Positions 13,509 to 25,519 of a stretch of 64,000 bases of DNA are shown here, piece by piece. Position 1 is the stretch's first letter. Each line of letters starts with the position of its first letter. The translations under genes and the position numbers were made by a program. The stretch is from Octopus sinensis (lineage: Eukaryota), in contig NC_043016.1 in the NCBI RefSeq assembly GCF_006345805.1, forward strand, positions 4,836,001 through 4,900,000. The letters are read 5' to 3'. The notes below the pieces were generated by a model, which saw only the letters and a program-made list of their open reading frames with translations, was not told the DNA's origin and made no database searches.

Positions 13509-13692
13509 AAAGGGAAGTTTACGATAAAAAACAAAAGACGAAGTCAGGTGGTGTACAAACAAACATGTATAGTATAAACGCTCAGGAATAGAAAAAAGTC
13601 TTTTACATTTCGAGCCTATGCTCTCTACAGAAAGGTACACAGAAAAAAAACAAGGAGAGAAACAAATGTGTGTAGTAGCTAACGAACTATAT
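13509..13692 (-). mobile_element. Small (TA)n-associated repeat, second hammerhead-bearing family
   Basis: Homologous to 35877-36066; hammerhead-like motif on the minus strand at 13600-13634. Confidence 0.7.
13600..13634 (-). ncRNA. Hammerhead-like motif with CTGTAGA core (A6U), partly decayed
   Basis: CTTT-CTGTAGA-GAGC(atag)GCTC-GAA-ATGT-A-AAAG. Confidence 0.5.
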
Positions 13693-14074
13693 AATATACA
13701 AATTTACAAAATTTAGAGTATGTTAAAAAATTTTTAAATATGCTAAGCCCTGGTTTAATTGATTATATCAATTTACTCCTTATTATTTAATTTTACACAC
13801 ACACACACACAAACAAACAACACACCCACACAACACACCAGCACACAACACACTACACACACCACACACACACATAATATATATATATATATATGAATTC
13901 GCCTTAAATGGTCCTTTTACATACTGAACACTCGGTGAAATTGATTAATTAATTTTACCCTCAATTGTTGATATTATATATATATATATATATCAGTCCT
14001 GTCGTTCGACATTTACGTATATATATATTATTTTCTGATTTGTGTAACATATATATATGTACATATATATATAT

Positions 14075-14131
<57 letters not shown>

Positions 14132-14309
14132 TGTGGGTTGTGTGTGTGTACATACGTACACATACATACATACGCCTCGCCGCAAAATTAAAAAAACAAC
14201 AAGAAAAACAATGTTCTGAGGCCACTCAGTTGAAATGTATTCAAATATTCTACCTTAATGTGTTTGTGTAACATAGAGCTCCAAGTCAAATGGAGAGAAA
14301 TTTAATGCC

Positions 14310-14430
14310 CGCGTATGTACGTATGTATGTATGTATGTGTGTATGTATGTATGTATGCATGTATGTATGCATGTATGTATGCATGTATGTATGTATGTAT
14401 GTATGTATGCATGTATGTATGTATGTAATG

Positions 14431-14464
<34 letters not shown>

Positions 14465-14503
14465 TGTATGTATGTATGTATGCATGTATGTATGTATGTA
14501 ATG

Positions 14504-14537
<34 letters not shown>

Positions 14538-15190
14538 TGTATGCATGTATGTATGCATGTATGTATGCATATATTGCATGTATGTATGTATGTATGTATG
14601 TATGTATGTATGTATGTATTATGCATGTATGTATGCAATGTATGTATGTATGTATGGTATGTATGTATGCATGTATGTATGTAATGTATATATGTATGGA
14701 TGTATGTATGTATGTATGTATGTGTATGTAGTATGTATGTGTGTAGGTTGTATGTGTGTATGTATGTATGAATGTATGTATTAATGTATATATGTATGTA
14801 TGTATGTATGTAGGTATGTATGTATGTATGTAATGTCTGTATGTATGTATGTATGTATGTATGTATATATGTATGTATGTATGTATGTATGTGTATGTAT
14901 GTATGTGTGTTATGTGTGTATGTGTGTATGTATGTATGTATGTATGTATGTATGTATGTTGTATGTATGTATGCATGTATGTATGTATGTATGTATGTAT
15001 GTATATATGTATTTAGTATGTATGATGTATGTATGCATGTATGTATGTATATGTTTTATGTATGTAGTTATGGATGTATGTATGTATGTATGTATGTATG
15101 TATGTATGATGTATTATGTTGTATGTAAATGTATGTATTATTATGTATGTATGTACGTATGTATGTTATGCATGCATGTATGTATATAAA
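14310..15190. repeat. Long (TATG)n microsatellite
   Basis: About 880 bp interrupted array. Confidence 0.95.
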
Positions 15191-15308
15191 TATGTTTATA
15201 TATTAGATACAGATTTGTCACTCACCTCACCCTCTCTCTCTATCACCCCACCTCTCACTCACTCCTCACTCTCTCTCTCTCTAACACTCTGTCTGTCTGT
15301 GTGTCTGC

Positions 15309-15360
<52 letters not shown>

Positions 15361-15439
15361 ACTTAAGCTTAAGTATGCCTCATCCAAAATTGGTCCAGGC
15401 CATGTCTAATATCTAACTTAAGAGCAAACTTCACAGAAT

Positions 15440-17340
15440 CTGTTGAGTAATTTTCAAGTCAAGTTTTGTGATATCGAATCCAATTCATTCAGGTATAAGT
15501 GATTTGTCGAGTATTCGAAGAGATTTGTCCAGATATCATTTGGAGCTTATGGCTTCTTTGTCTTCTTTCGATTAGTTTTGGTATAATATCAAATATAGTT
15601 CTACCCATTGACTGGAATTTATTTTGCTACAGTGCAGTAACGTTTTGTGAGTTTGATTTAGTACGTGTCATAGAACAGGGTCCTAATCGTAGAAGAATTG
15701 TAAGCCTGGTGTTAAGGTCGTTTGGACAATGCTGGTCATATATTTTCCACTTAGTGCAACTGACTTGGCGCTCACGGCAGTGTTGAAGAAAATAAAGTTT
15801 TAACTATGTATAACAAATAGTTTGACCGATCTTGATTATTAGTACCACCTTAAGGTCCTAATAATCAAGATCGGTCAAACTATTTGTTATACATAGCTTT
15901 TAGCAATAGCTCCCCAAGGTATCTCAATTCTTATAATGGTCTGCTAGGTATAGGGAAACCACCAGCAGGCCAACACTATTCTATGTGTGGCCGTACAAAG
16001 GAAGAGAAGAGAATGGGAAGGATAGCGTCTAACTTTTTGGATCCTCAGACTTTCCGATCCAAAGAGTTCATCTTGCGAGCCCTGTCGACTTGTTGAAGCG
16101 GGCGCTCCACCTAAGTTTGTTGTTAATAATTACTGTTAAATTTCTAATATTCTGGAGTGGCATGAATGGTTCTCCTGAACGAAGAGTCTATCGTTGCTTA
16201 AGTACGTAATCTTTTCCGATGTGCATGTGTTCAGATCTTCCCTTATTTAGTAGCATGCTACTTTTGTTTATCCATTGATGTACAGCACAAAGATTAGATT
16301 CAGGTTTTGTTCAGTCGTCTTCACCATTGATAGATTTTTGAAGCTTAGAGTCATCTGCGAATATATTTTTTATTTTGCCGAGCTTGATGATATTTGAGAT
16401 GTCGTTTATATATATTATGAAGAGAAGCGCGACAAACACTGTACCTTGGGGAACACCACTGGTGACTTTTACTGGGCGTCAGGGAATTACAGAGACGGCA
16501 AAACATTTCGGTTCTCTTTCATCACGAAATATTTGATCCATTACAACAGTTTTCCATCGATTCTAATGTGGGATAGTTCTAACAGTAAGCTTTTGTGGTT
16601 GACTTCATCGGAAGCTTTGTCAAAACTGAGATATTACTTCAGCGCATGAGCCCACTCCTAAATCTAGCAATGTTGTTTTTGCAGGATCTACCATTTCCTT
16701 AGCATCATGATGATGATGGAGAATGCTATTATTATCTACCAGTAAATCAAGGGGTGGCACAAAGGTCTTTGTTGGCCAACGAATTAGAACACTTTGGGGT
16801 CGAGTCTGATATTTTTCTTAATTACCCGGTCTTCCTCTGCAGTATTTTGGTTCTTGTTTATGCTTTCGTGTTGTTCTGCAGATGATATTTTTTCGACTCA
16901 AGTGTTCTTCTTGTTGTTCATTGCTGGTAATATTTTGATGTTGAGATGCAGTTACTTGGTTTCGGGCAATTTGTGGAACAGTTCACAAAGGGAATGTTAA
17001 AGTTACGCATAACTAATAAGTTTTGGAAAAAGGTGAGGACTCTTTAAGCACTGTTGTGGTGCTTCAGAAAGTCTATAAAGATTCCTTATATTTATGTCAT
17101 TAACTTTGTGGTATACCAAAATAGATTCATTGTAGCCATTGGAAAATATATTCTGAGCATCTATAGACAAAGGAATTGTGTAGAAATTTGGCTACTTTTC
17201 CATAACTTCGGCTAGTGCGATTTGCATAATGGGTAAATTCTTGATTTCCAGTTCAGTATCCATGTGGGATAGTTTTCCGTTAGCATGAAGAAAGATGAAG
17301 TGTATCATTTCATCAATCCATCTCTCCACCTATGTAAACT
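15440..17340 (-). pseudogene. CR1/L2-group LINE ORF2 remnant (APE endonuclease plus RT) with internal deletions
   Basis: MRNFNIPFVN (GDFN motif), VIYLSFDKASDEVNH, VTSGVPQGTVF..LLFIIYIND, KIFADDSKL, FVRPHIE and LQH.RER motifs. Confidence 0.85.
15804..15896. repeat. Perfect 39-bp inverted repeat, 15-nt loop
   Basis: Arms 15804-15842 and 15858-15896 are exact reverse complements. Confidence 0.95.
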
Positions 17341-17747
17341 TCTATTATTTAGTACTGAGAGACGAGTTGGTATCTCGTCCATTGGTTCATGTTCAACAGC
17401 AACACTGGGACGGTTTTGTGTACAGAGTTGGTTGTGGAGAGTGACGTTTTATTTGAGACGATAGGTGTAGGTTCCAGGCATTGTGGGTATGCGGCTCCTG
17501 ACAGAATCCTCGGTCTAAAGGATTACATCAGATTTTATATTTTCGACGTTATTCAGAATAAAAGAATAACTTCTTTGGTTGATCTTTTCTGCAAATGTTA
17601 AGCTGTGTTTGTCTCTTTTGCTTGGTGTTAAAACTTTCTAATATTTTCTTCCACTTGATGTATATTCTTCGGTTGTCAATATTTGGAGACGGTGTGCAGA
17701 TATATTTTGTTTTTATTAATTTACTCACAAACACATATATATAATTA

Positions 17748-18112
17748 CTAGCACTATGACCCGGCGACGCCAGGTCATAGTGCTAGTGCATGCATATACA
17801 GCTGCGTGCGTGCGCACATACATGCGAGTACTGTCCAAATCTCCGACCAATCCCATACAGCTAGCTGGCATCCAATTGGCGTATCAAGTTTCGGGCATTT
17901 TGATTGGATTTTGGATAGAAAATTCACAAAAAAGTCACTTCTATTGATTTTTAATGGCTTTGCGGGGTGACTGGGGAAATGTAAAGATATGCACGACCAC
18001 CCTTGGACGGTTTTGAATAACCATAGAAAGTCTGAGCCCTCTAACTGAAAAATTGTGGATTTGTATAAAGGACACACACACAGACATTTTGCCGTTTTTA
18101 TATAAAGAGAGA
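17748..18112 (-). mobile_element. Non-autonomous Helitron-like element
   Basis: Minus strand reads A|TCTCTCTTTATATAAAAACGG...GCTAG|T; terminal hairpin 17747-17787; no TSD. Confidence 0.7.
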
Positions 18113-18759
18113 TATACGGTTAGATGAATATATGTGCGCATTCACACGCTTAAATAGAAAGACAGTCAAATGATAACAGGCGTAAAGAATGTTTTCCTAT
18201 GGAAAGTTGCGTATAAAATTTACATGATTAATCAATACTTAATTACGTCATATAAACTGTAAGTGTAATTTTTCATATAAATACATTCCTTGCACCTATT
18301 ATCGTGTGTCTGTCTTCCTGCCTCCATACCCGCTCGATTTCGACCGTTCCTCTTGTCGATTTCCCCATCTCTGTCCTGCACTATCTTTTCCTCTTGTAAA
18401 CGTTCAAGTTGAAGATTTTGATTTCTCTCAGTACTATTTGGTGACTGTCTTATACTATGCATAACTAGCATTGTATCAACCTATTGTTCTATTCTTTTAC
18501 TTGTTTCAGTCATTTGATTGTGGCCATGATGGAGCACCGCCTTAAATATATATATCATATATACATATTATATATATATATATATATATATATTTATTAT
18601 ATATATATATTATATATAATATATATATATACAAGATAAGAAAATGGAGAAATACATCTAAATCAAATATCAATTACCAGATAATACTCAATCACATACT
18701 TTATTAAACCACCACATAAGAGACTATATCTGTAAAATTATATGTGACAATTATCGGTA

Positions 18760-18830
18760 GCCAAGATAAAACTCTTGAGTTTCGGATGCCGAGGTGGAAA
18801 TCCACAACACCATCTCTTCGGTTATCTGGC
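18760..18830 (-). ncRNA. Type I hammerhead-like motif with CCGAAGA core (U4C)
   Basis: GCCAGATAA-CCGAAGA-GATG..GTGG(attt)CCAC..CATC(C)-GAA-ACTC(aa)GAGT-T-TTATCT(T)GGC; stem I 9 bp with one bulge, stem III 4 bp. Confidence 0.6.
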
Positions 18831-18888
18831 CATCCAGATGGTGTTGTGGATTTCCACCTCGGCATCCGAAACTCAGAGTTTTATCTTG
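18762..18888. repeat. 54/53-bp inverted repeat with 20-nt loop (Penelope-like tail-to-tail)
   Basis: Arms 18762-18815 and 18836-18888 are identical except for a 1-nt indel. Confidence 0.9.
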
Positions 18889-19410
18889 ATATTGAGTAAA
18901 TGTAACGTATTATTTTATAGATAAATTTCCTCTATTTACATAATATTGGGGTCTCTTTCTTTCTTTTGTTATCTTACCGTTTGTACCAATATATAGATAT
19001 ATATATGTAATTACATATAAGTATATATGCATACACACTCGCGCACGCACACATACTTCTATTATACACACATACATATGCGTATCTATACATGAAAATG
19101 AGAGTACATTTACACATATGCAAGTAAGTAAATGTATACTTATATGAAAGTGAGATGCATGGCTTAAAAGTATATCTGTGCAGTTAAAAGTTTTGGTTCA
19201 CAAGTATTTGATCCCAGGTGTATTCCAACAGCACTACACAACTTTGGGTCAACTAATACATTGTAAATTTTGTAAACGGAAACTGTTCGAAATCCTATCC
19301 TATGCGTGTGCGAGTATGCGTGCGCACGCACTCCCCCTCCCCACACACACACATTTCTATTGATTTACCACGATGCGATTCTTTTCCGGCTGGTCGTATT
19401 ATAATACGTT

Positions 19411-19479
19411 GTCTTAGTACCAAAATTGGTTAACTGGACACAGAATATATGTCCAGTTAAACAATGTTGGTACTAAGGC
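19411..19479. other. 30-bp imperfect hairpin
   Basis: Arms 19411-19440 and 19450-19479; 2 mismatches plus 1 G-U on the plus strand; 9-nt loop. Confidence 0.8.
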
Positions 19480-19652
19480 GACAAGTTTGAAACTGGTTCA
19501 TTCTTTTGTCTTTAGCTATTGATTTTGGTCGCTGACCTGCTCATTTTAATTCGTCGAGGTCTGTGTTAATGAGTCTATTTAACAAATCGTTAATTAATTC
19601 TAGTTTTCAATGCACCGCTCAAGCTTTAATTAATCACTATATTGTTTGTAAA

Positions 19653-19883
19653 GGCGGCGAGCTGGCAGAAACGTTAGCACGCTGGGCGAAATGCGTAGCC
19701 GTATTTCGTCTGCCGTTACGTTCTGAGTTCAAATTCCGCCAAGGTCGACTTTGCCTTTCATCCTTTCGAGGCCGATTAAATAAATATCAATTATGCACTG
19801 GGGTCGATATAATCGACTTAATCCATTTGTCTGTCCTTGTTTGTCCTCTCTGTGTTTAGCCCCTTGTGGGTAGTAAAGAAATA
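19653..19883 (+). mobile_element. tRNA-derived SINE, family B
   Basis: Head ggcggcgagctggcagaaacgttag with B-box-like gagttcaaattcc; homologous minus-strand copies at about 50660-50800, 54560-54635 and 56100-56490. Confidence 0.8.
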
Positions 19884-20758
19884 TATATTGTTTGTTTGTT
19901 TGTTTTTCCCAGATAGTGCTTTTGCAAAATTTTCTCTCTCAAGTAGTTTACCTGTAAAGCATTTTCTGTTGGTCAGTTCAATATTTGTTTAGTTTCCGCT
20001 TATCAATTGTGTAATCGTATACTTGTTTGCTAAACGGTGCCCTGACTTAGAAAAAATTATTTATTCTAATCACTTATTTATTGCCAATTTGTATAATTAT
20101 CAAGCCTCTGTCTGATTATTAAATTATCCATATCCTGTTTCGATAAAGTTGTCGCTCTGCCGACTTCATATATTTTTTTATTTTATGTCTGAAGTCACTA
20201 AAAATGACATTCGTTTAATCTGCGTGAGGTTTGCATTTCGCATCTGGTGTTTGTAAACTGTCATTCGTTTCTGTGAGTTAATTTGTTGACGTTGTGTATC
20301 TCCAATACATCTTCACTGTATTGCGTCAGTGGATGTTTACACTGCTTTATATCAAAGAAGCTTATCAGTATGAAGAAAACAACAACAACAAAAACGAAAA
20401 ACATTAATCCATTTCGGTGTGTGCAACGTGATATTCCTTCCTGGTAATGATTTGTTTGGTAATTATTGCATATTTTTCTTTGAGCTCAGGGGGTATCTTC
20501 CGTAACTATTTATGTCACGGGTGGTGCTGCCTGTTATTGGCTATTTTATGCTTCTGTTATTCTCCTACTAAGTATTTTAAGATGTGGGTTCACTCCCCTG
20601 TAATCGGTATATATACATGCCTGCACTCATACTTATATATATATATTTCTGTTTACAGACGAGTAAGCACTCAAATGCAAAACGAGGTAGAGAAAAATTG
20701 TACTCGAATCCCGAAAATAGTGTAATATGCTTTTATTAACTCTGCAAAATTCTTCACA

Positions 20759-20800
20759 AACTGTTACTCGGAGTTTCACGTTACAGTTCGTCGGTCAGTT
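20759..20800 (-). ncRNA. Minimal type I hammerhead-like motif with CCGACGA core (U4C)
   Basis: AACTG(A)-CCGACGA-AC(tgtaac)GT-GAA-ACTC(c)GAGT-A-(A)CAGTT. Confidence 0.55.
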
Positions 20801-20899
20801 GGGATCTTCTAAATTAAAATTGTTTTGGTACATGTATTATTATAATAATATAATATAGAGCAATTCAGCGGATAAGCATTTAAATTTGATTGGGTGACT

Positions 20900-21305
20900 A
20901 GTGGCTGTGTGGTAAGTAGCTTGCTTACCAACCACATGGTTCCGGGTTCAGTCCCACTGCGTGGCACCTTGGGCAAGTGTCTTCTGCTATAGCCTCGGGC
21001 CGACCAATGCCTTGTGAGTGGATTTGGTAGACGGAAACTGAAAGAAGCCTGTCGTATATATGTTCTATATATAATGTATGTGGGTGTATATTGTTTGTGT
21101 GTCTGTGTTTGTTCCCTAGCATTGCTTGACAACCGATGCTGGTGTGAATACTCCCCGTCACTTAGCGGTTCGGCAAAAGAGACCTATAGAATAAGTACTA
21201 GTCTTACAAAGAATAAGTCCTGGGGTCGATTTGCTCGACTAAAAGCGGTGTTCCAGCATGACCGCAGCCAAATGACTGAAACAAGTAAAAGAGTAAAAGA
21301 GTAAA
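20900..21305 (+). mobile_element. tRNA-derived SINE, family A
   Basis: A-box-like TGGCTGTGTGG, B-box-like GGTTCAGTCC, internal TA/TG microsatellite, tail ...gaaacaagtaaaagag; many copies in the window. Confidence 0.9.
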
Positions 21306-21309
21306 TATT

Positions 21310-21640
21310 GACCCTCCGTCGGTTACAGCGACGAGGGTTCCAGTAGATTCAATCGACGGAACAGCCTGCGCGTGAAATTAACGTGCTAGTGGCTGAGCAT
21401 TCCACCGACACGCATACCCTTAACTTAGTTAAGGGTATGCGTATTCCGAGGGAGATTCGGCCTGACACAGAATGTGACAAAGCTGGTCCTTTGAAATGCA
21501 GTTACAACTCATTTTTGCCAGCTGAGTGGAATGGAGCAACGTGAAATAAAGTGTCTTGCTTAAGGACACAACCGTCGCCGGGAATTGAACTCACGACCTT
21601 ACGATCACGACCCGATTACCCTAGACACTAAGGTATGCGC
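21310..21640 (-). mobile_element. tRNA-derived SINE, family C
   Basis: Minus-strand head ..gagttcaattcccgg..gtgtccttaagcaagacacttt; repeated at 22270-22610; related segments at 2250-2392 and 29330-29490. Confidence 0.75.
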
Positions 21641-23143
21641 TTTCACATAAATATAGTATAATGATAAGATCGAAAAAAAAAAAAAACTTTGTAGGAAATG
21701 GGACGAGGGGTGGGAGATGATAACCATAGAATGAATAATTAAAATGAATAGGATCGCAAGTTGGGTTTTTGAAGAGATAGATTATATAAAAAGATACATT
21801 AAAAAAAAACAATGGATTAAAAATTCAATAACGAGTGTACAATATATACATACATCGCGTAGGAGTGGCTGTGTGGTAAATAGCTTGCTTACCAACCACA
21901 TGGTTCCGGGTTCAGTCCCACTGCGTGGCACCTTGGCAAGTGTCTTCTGCTATAGCCTCGGGCCGACCAATGCCTTGTGAGTGGATTTGGTAGACGGAAA
22001 CTGAAAGAAGCCTGTCGTATATATGTATATATTATATGTATGTGGGTGTATATGTTTGTGTGTCTGTGTTTGTTCCCTAGCATTGCTTGACAACCGATGC
22101 TGGTGTGAATACGTCCCCGTCACTTAGCGTTCGGCAAAAGAGACCTATAGAATAAGTACTAGTCTTACAAAGAATAAGTCCTGGGGTCGATTTGCTCGAC
22201 TAAAAGCGGTGTTCCATTCCAGCATGACCGCAGCAAATGACTGAAACAAGTAAAAGAGTAAAAGAGTAAATATTGACCCTCCGTCGGTTACAGCGACGAG
22301 GGTTCCAGTAGATTCAATCGACGGAACAGCCTGCGCGTGAAATTAACGTGCTAGTGGCTGAGCATTCCACCGACACGCATACCCTTAACTTAGTTAAGGG
22401 TATGCGTATTCGCGAGGGAGATTCGGCCTGACACAGAATGTGACAAAGCTGGTCCTTTGAAATGCAGTTACAACTCATTTTTGCCAGCTGAGTGGAATGG
22501 AGCAACGTGAAATAAAGTGTCTTGCTTAAGGACACAACACGTCGCCGGGAATTGAACTCACGACCTTACGATCACGACCCGATTACCCTAGACACTAAGG
22601 TATGCGCTTTCACATAAATATAGTATAAATGATAGATCGAAAAAAAAAAAAAACTTTGTAGGAATGGGACGAGGGGTGGGAGATGTATACCCATAGAATG
22701 AATAATTAAAATGAATAGGATCGCAAGTTGGGTGTTTGAAAGATGAGATTATAATAAAAAGATACATTAAAAAAAAACAATGGATTAAAAATTCAATAAC
22801 GAGTGTACAATATATACATACATACGCGTAGGAGTGGCTGTGTGGTAAATAGCTTGCTTACCAACCACATGGTTCCGGATTCAGTCCCACTGCGTGGCAC
22901 CTTCTACTATAGCTTCGGACCGACCAAAGCCTTGTGAGTGGATTTGGCAGACGGAAACTGAAAGAATCCCGTCGTATATATATAAAAATTCTGTTTTTTA
23001 TATAAATTTTCATCTGTCCTGCCCGCCAAATTTGGTTCTGGTGTTTGCTGAATTTTTCCTCTAGAGAACTTTCTTTGTAGTTTGATCGTTGATGATCTAT
23101 TTCTAGCATGCGGCACACTACCTAGCAGTCTTGCCCTGTAAAT

Positions 23144-23194
<51 letters not shown>

Positions 23195-23195
<1 letters not shown>

Positions 23196-23990
23196 ATTCC
23201 ATTTGAAGCTATGTGTCGCTAACTCTTGCGAAATGATGCCTTTTAACGCCTCCGTCATTTTCTTCTTCGTCTCTTCCACATTCGCTAATTCCGTATCACC
23301 AGCTTTAATCACTATCGGTGACCTTCTAAAAAAGGTCCGGATCAATTTTCAGCTGTTCTTTCAGTTCAGGACACGCATTCAACCAGGATCTTCCGTGAGC
23401 AAGCTTTTGATCTTCCGTGAGCAAGTGCGGGACAAATTTTGTTGTAATTCTTTTCATTCGCAATTCCTCGCTCGGAATTCGTTGGCACGAGCTCCAGGAC
23501 ACACCAATCCTATCAATAAGTTTGTCAATCGTTCAGTGACTGTTCTCCAAGATCAGTTCATGAATTGTCATGATGTTTTCATTCGTTCGGGAGGTCAATG
23601 GTCACCATGAACGAAGTTGGTCTTTATTCGACCAGTGACCATTCCTAAAGCGTGAACACCACTCGTAAACTTGTGTCTTGCTCATGGCAGTGTTCTTGGA
23701 AGCTCTTTGAAGCATGACAACTGTTTCGGCCGCCATTTCCCCAAGCAGGAAACAGAATTTCACGGAAGCACGCTGCTCCTCGTTTCAGCCATCGCAAAAG
23801 TCGACAAACCGGGGAGAAGCACTGCAAAACAAAGTCGCACCACGTGGCCTCACGACTCCAGGCGACGACGCCGATCGGCAGACTGACGCCGAAAGGGTTG
23901 CATCAAGTAGCTTCTCGCGGCGGAAGCCCTAACTACAACGGGCTTGTACCACAGAGAACGTTTCCGGTTACTTTGGGGTATCCCCTCGTA
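23195..23990 (-). mobile_element. Mariner transposon remnant, internally deleted
   Basis: TIR TACGAGGGGATACCCC next to TA; ATG at 23792; EQRASVKFCFLLG, MSKTQVYEWCSRF, KFVPHLLTEDQK and VEETKKKMTEALKGI. Confidence 0.9.
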
Positions 23991-24011
23991 TATACACACC
24001 ACACACACAAG

Positions 24012-24074
<63 letters not shown>

Positions 24075-24098
24075 TATTTATATGTTATATCACATATA

Positions 24099-24410
24099 TG
24101 GAGGCGCAATGGCCCAGTGTTAGGGCAGCGGACTCGCCATCATAGGATTGCGGTTTCGATTCCCAGACCGGGCGTCGTGAGTGTTTATTGAGCAAACGAC
24201 CCTAAGAGCTCCACGAGGCTCTGGCAGGGGGTGGTGATCCCTGCTGTACTCTTTTTCGCCACAACTTTCTCTCACTCTTTCTTCTGTTGGCCTGCTCGCT
24301 TAGCCAGCGGGGGTGGCGTCATTTGAAGGCTAAAAACAATGCGAAGCGCATTGTGACCAGCGATGTGTAGCAACATCTGATAGCCTGGTCGGTCACGGTG
24401 ATCACGGCGA
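24099..24410 (+). mobile_element. tRNA-derived SINE, family D
   Basis: Head ggaggcgcaatggcccagtg..ggtttcgattcccagaccgggcg; same head at 29203-29310. Confidence 0.8.
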
Positions 24411-25089
24411 TATATATATATATTATATATATATATCATATATATATATATATTATATATATATATATGTATATATTCACATATATAAAATTGCAAGTGT
24501 AAGGAAAAGGAAAGAAAACGGTTGAAATGATGATGGCAATATTTGAAAGGCAATAAGTGAAAGGAGAGGTGGGGGAAGGAGACAGTAAAGTAAGAGGCAA
24601 AAGAAAAGAAAGGAAATGATATGGGTTGTGTAGCGGTAAGGTGGGGGAGAGAAAATAAGTTGGTAAGCTTTTGCAATCAATATGTATCAAAGATAACCTT
24701 AAAATTAGAAAGAATAAACTGTGCGAGTTATATAGAAAGTATAAAAGAACCATACATGGGCGCGTAAATATATGAGAGAGAGAGGTGGAAAGAAATATAT
24801 ATAAATAAATGGATAAAAGAAATCATTGAAATAAATTGAATTAATAAAATAAATTATTTTAGTTAACATTATTCAGTCGGAGATATTGGCGTTGGAAGGT
24901 TAACTACACATATTCTACCAAGTAAGATGCACAAAATAATTTAAAATGAAAATTAGATTTTAAAAATGATACATGCAAGGTTTTCACAAATACACGAAGA
25001 ATAAATTTCTCTGGACAAAATTTATTATTGGTCGGCAGAAAAAAAAAAAAAAAAAAGAGTCGTTTACAGACTCTCGAAGAGCGAGATAG

Positions 25090-25519
25090 GGATCTTTTCG
25101 GTTTGAACGGCATTTTTTTTCTAGCGGTGACATATGATATTGTCACCCATAATTATGACCCTAGAATCGATCTATTGCATTTCAATCTCTTTTAGGCTTA
25201 GGGTTAGTTAGGGTTAGGGTTAGGGGGAAGGGTATCTTTTTTTCCTCACAAATGTGAATAAACCCAATCTGTTTCTTAAACGAGGGACATATTCATACGG
25301 CACAGAATGTTTTTTTACCTCAATAGACGTCAGTGATTGGTTGAAATTGCAGAAAATGAAGAAAAAGAAACAACAAATATCTTACAAACTATAGAATTTT
25401 TTCAATAAAGCCAAGAGAAAAAGATGTTTTATAAACCCATTCTACCAGTATACGAAGTTTAAAATCTTTTAGTTACCTAGAAATTATGTTAAAAACTGCC
25501 GTTCAAACCGAAAAGATCC
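25090..25519 (+). mobile_element. MITE (putative Merlin-type), full copy
   Basis: Both TIRs; TSD cgagatag at 25082-25089 and 25520-25527. Confidence 0.92.

Larger units (their letters stand above)
20900..22832 (+). repeat. Tandem duplication, two units of about 965 bp bounded by family A SINE heads
   Basis: 20900-21863 and 21864-22832 are nearly identical, differing mostly by 1-nt indels; a third SINE head starts at 22833. Confidence 0.95.

Noticed and set aside
20900-20960. tRNA genes at A/B-box motifs
   Set aside because: No acceptor stem or cloverleaf; each continues into a SINE body.
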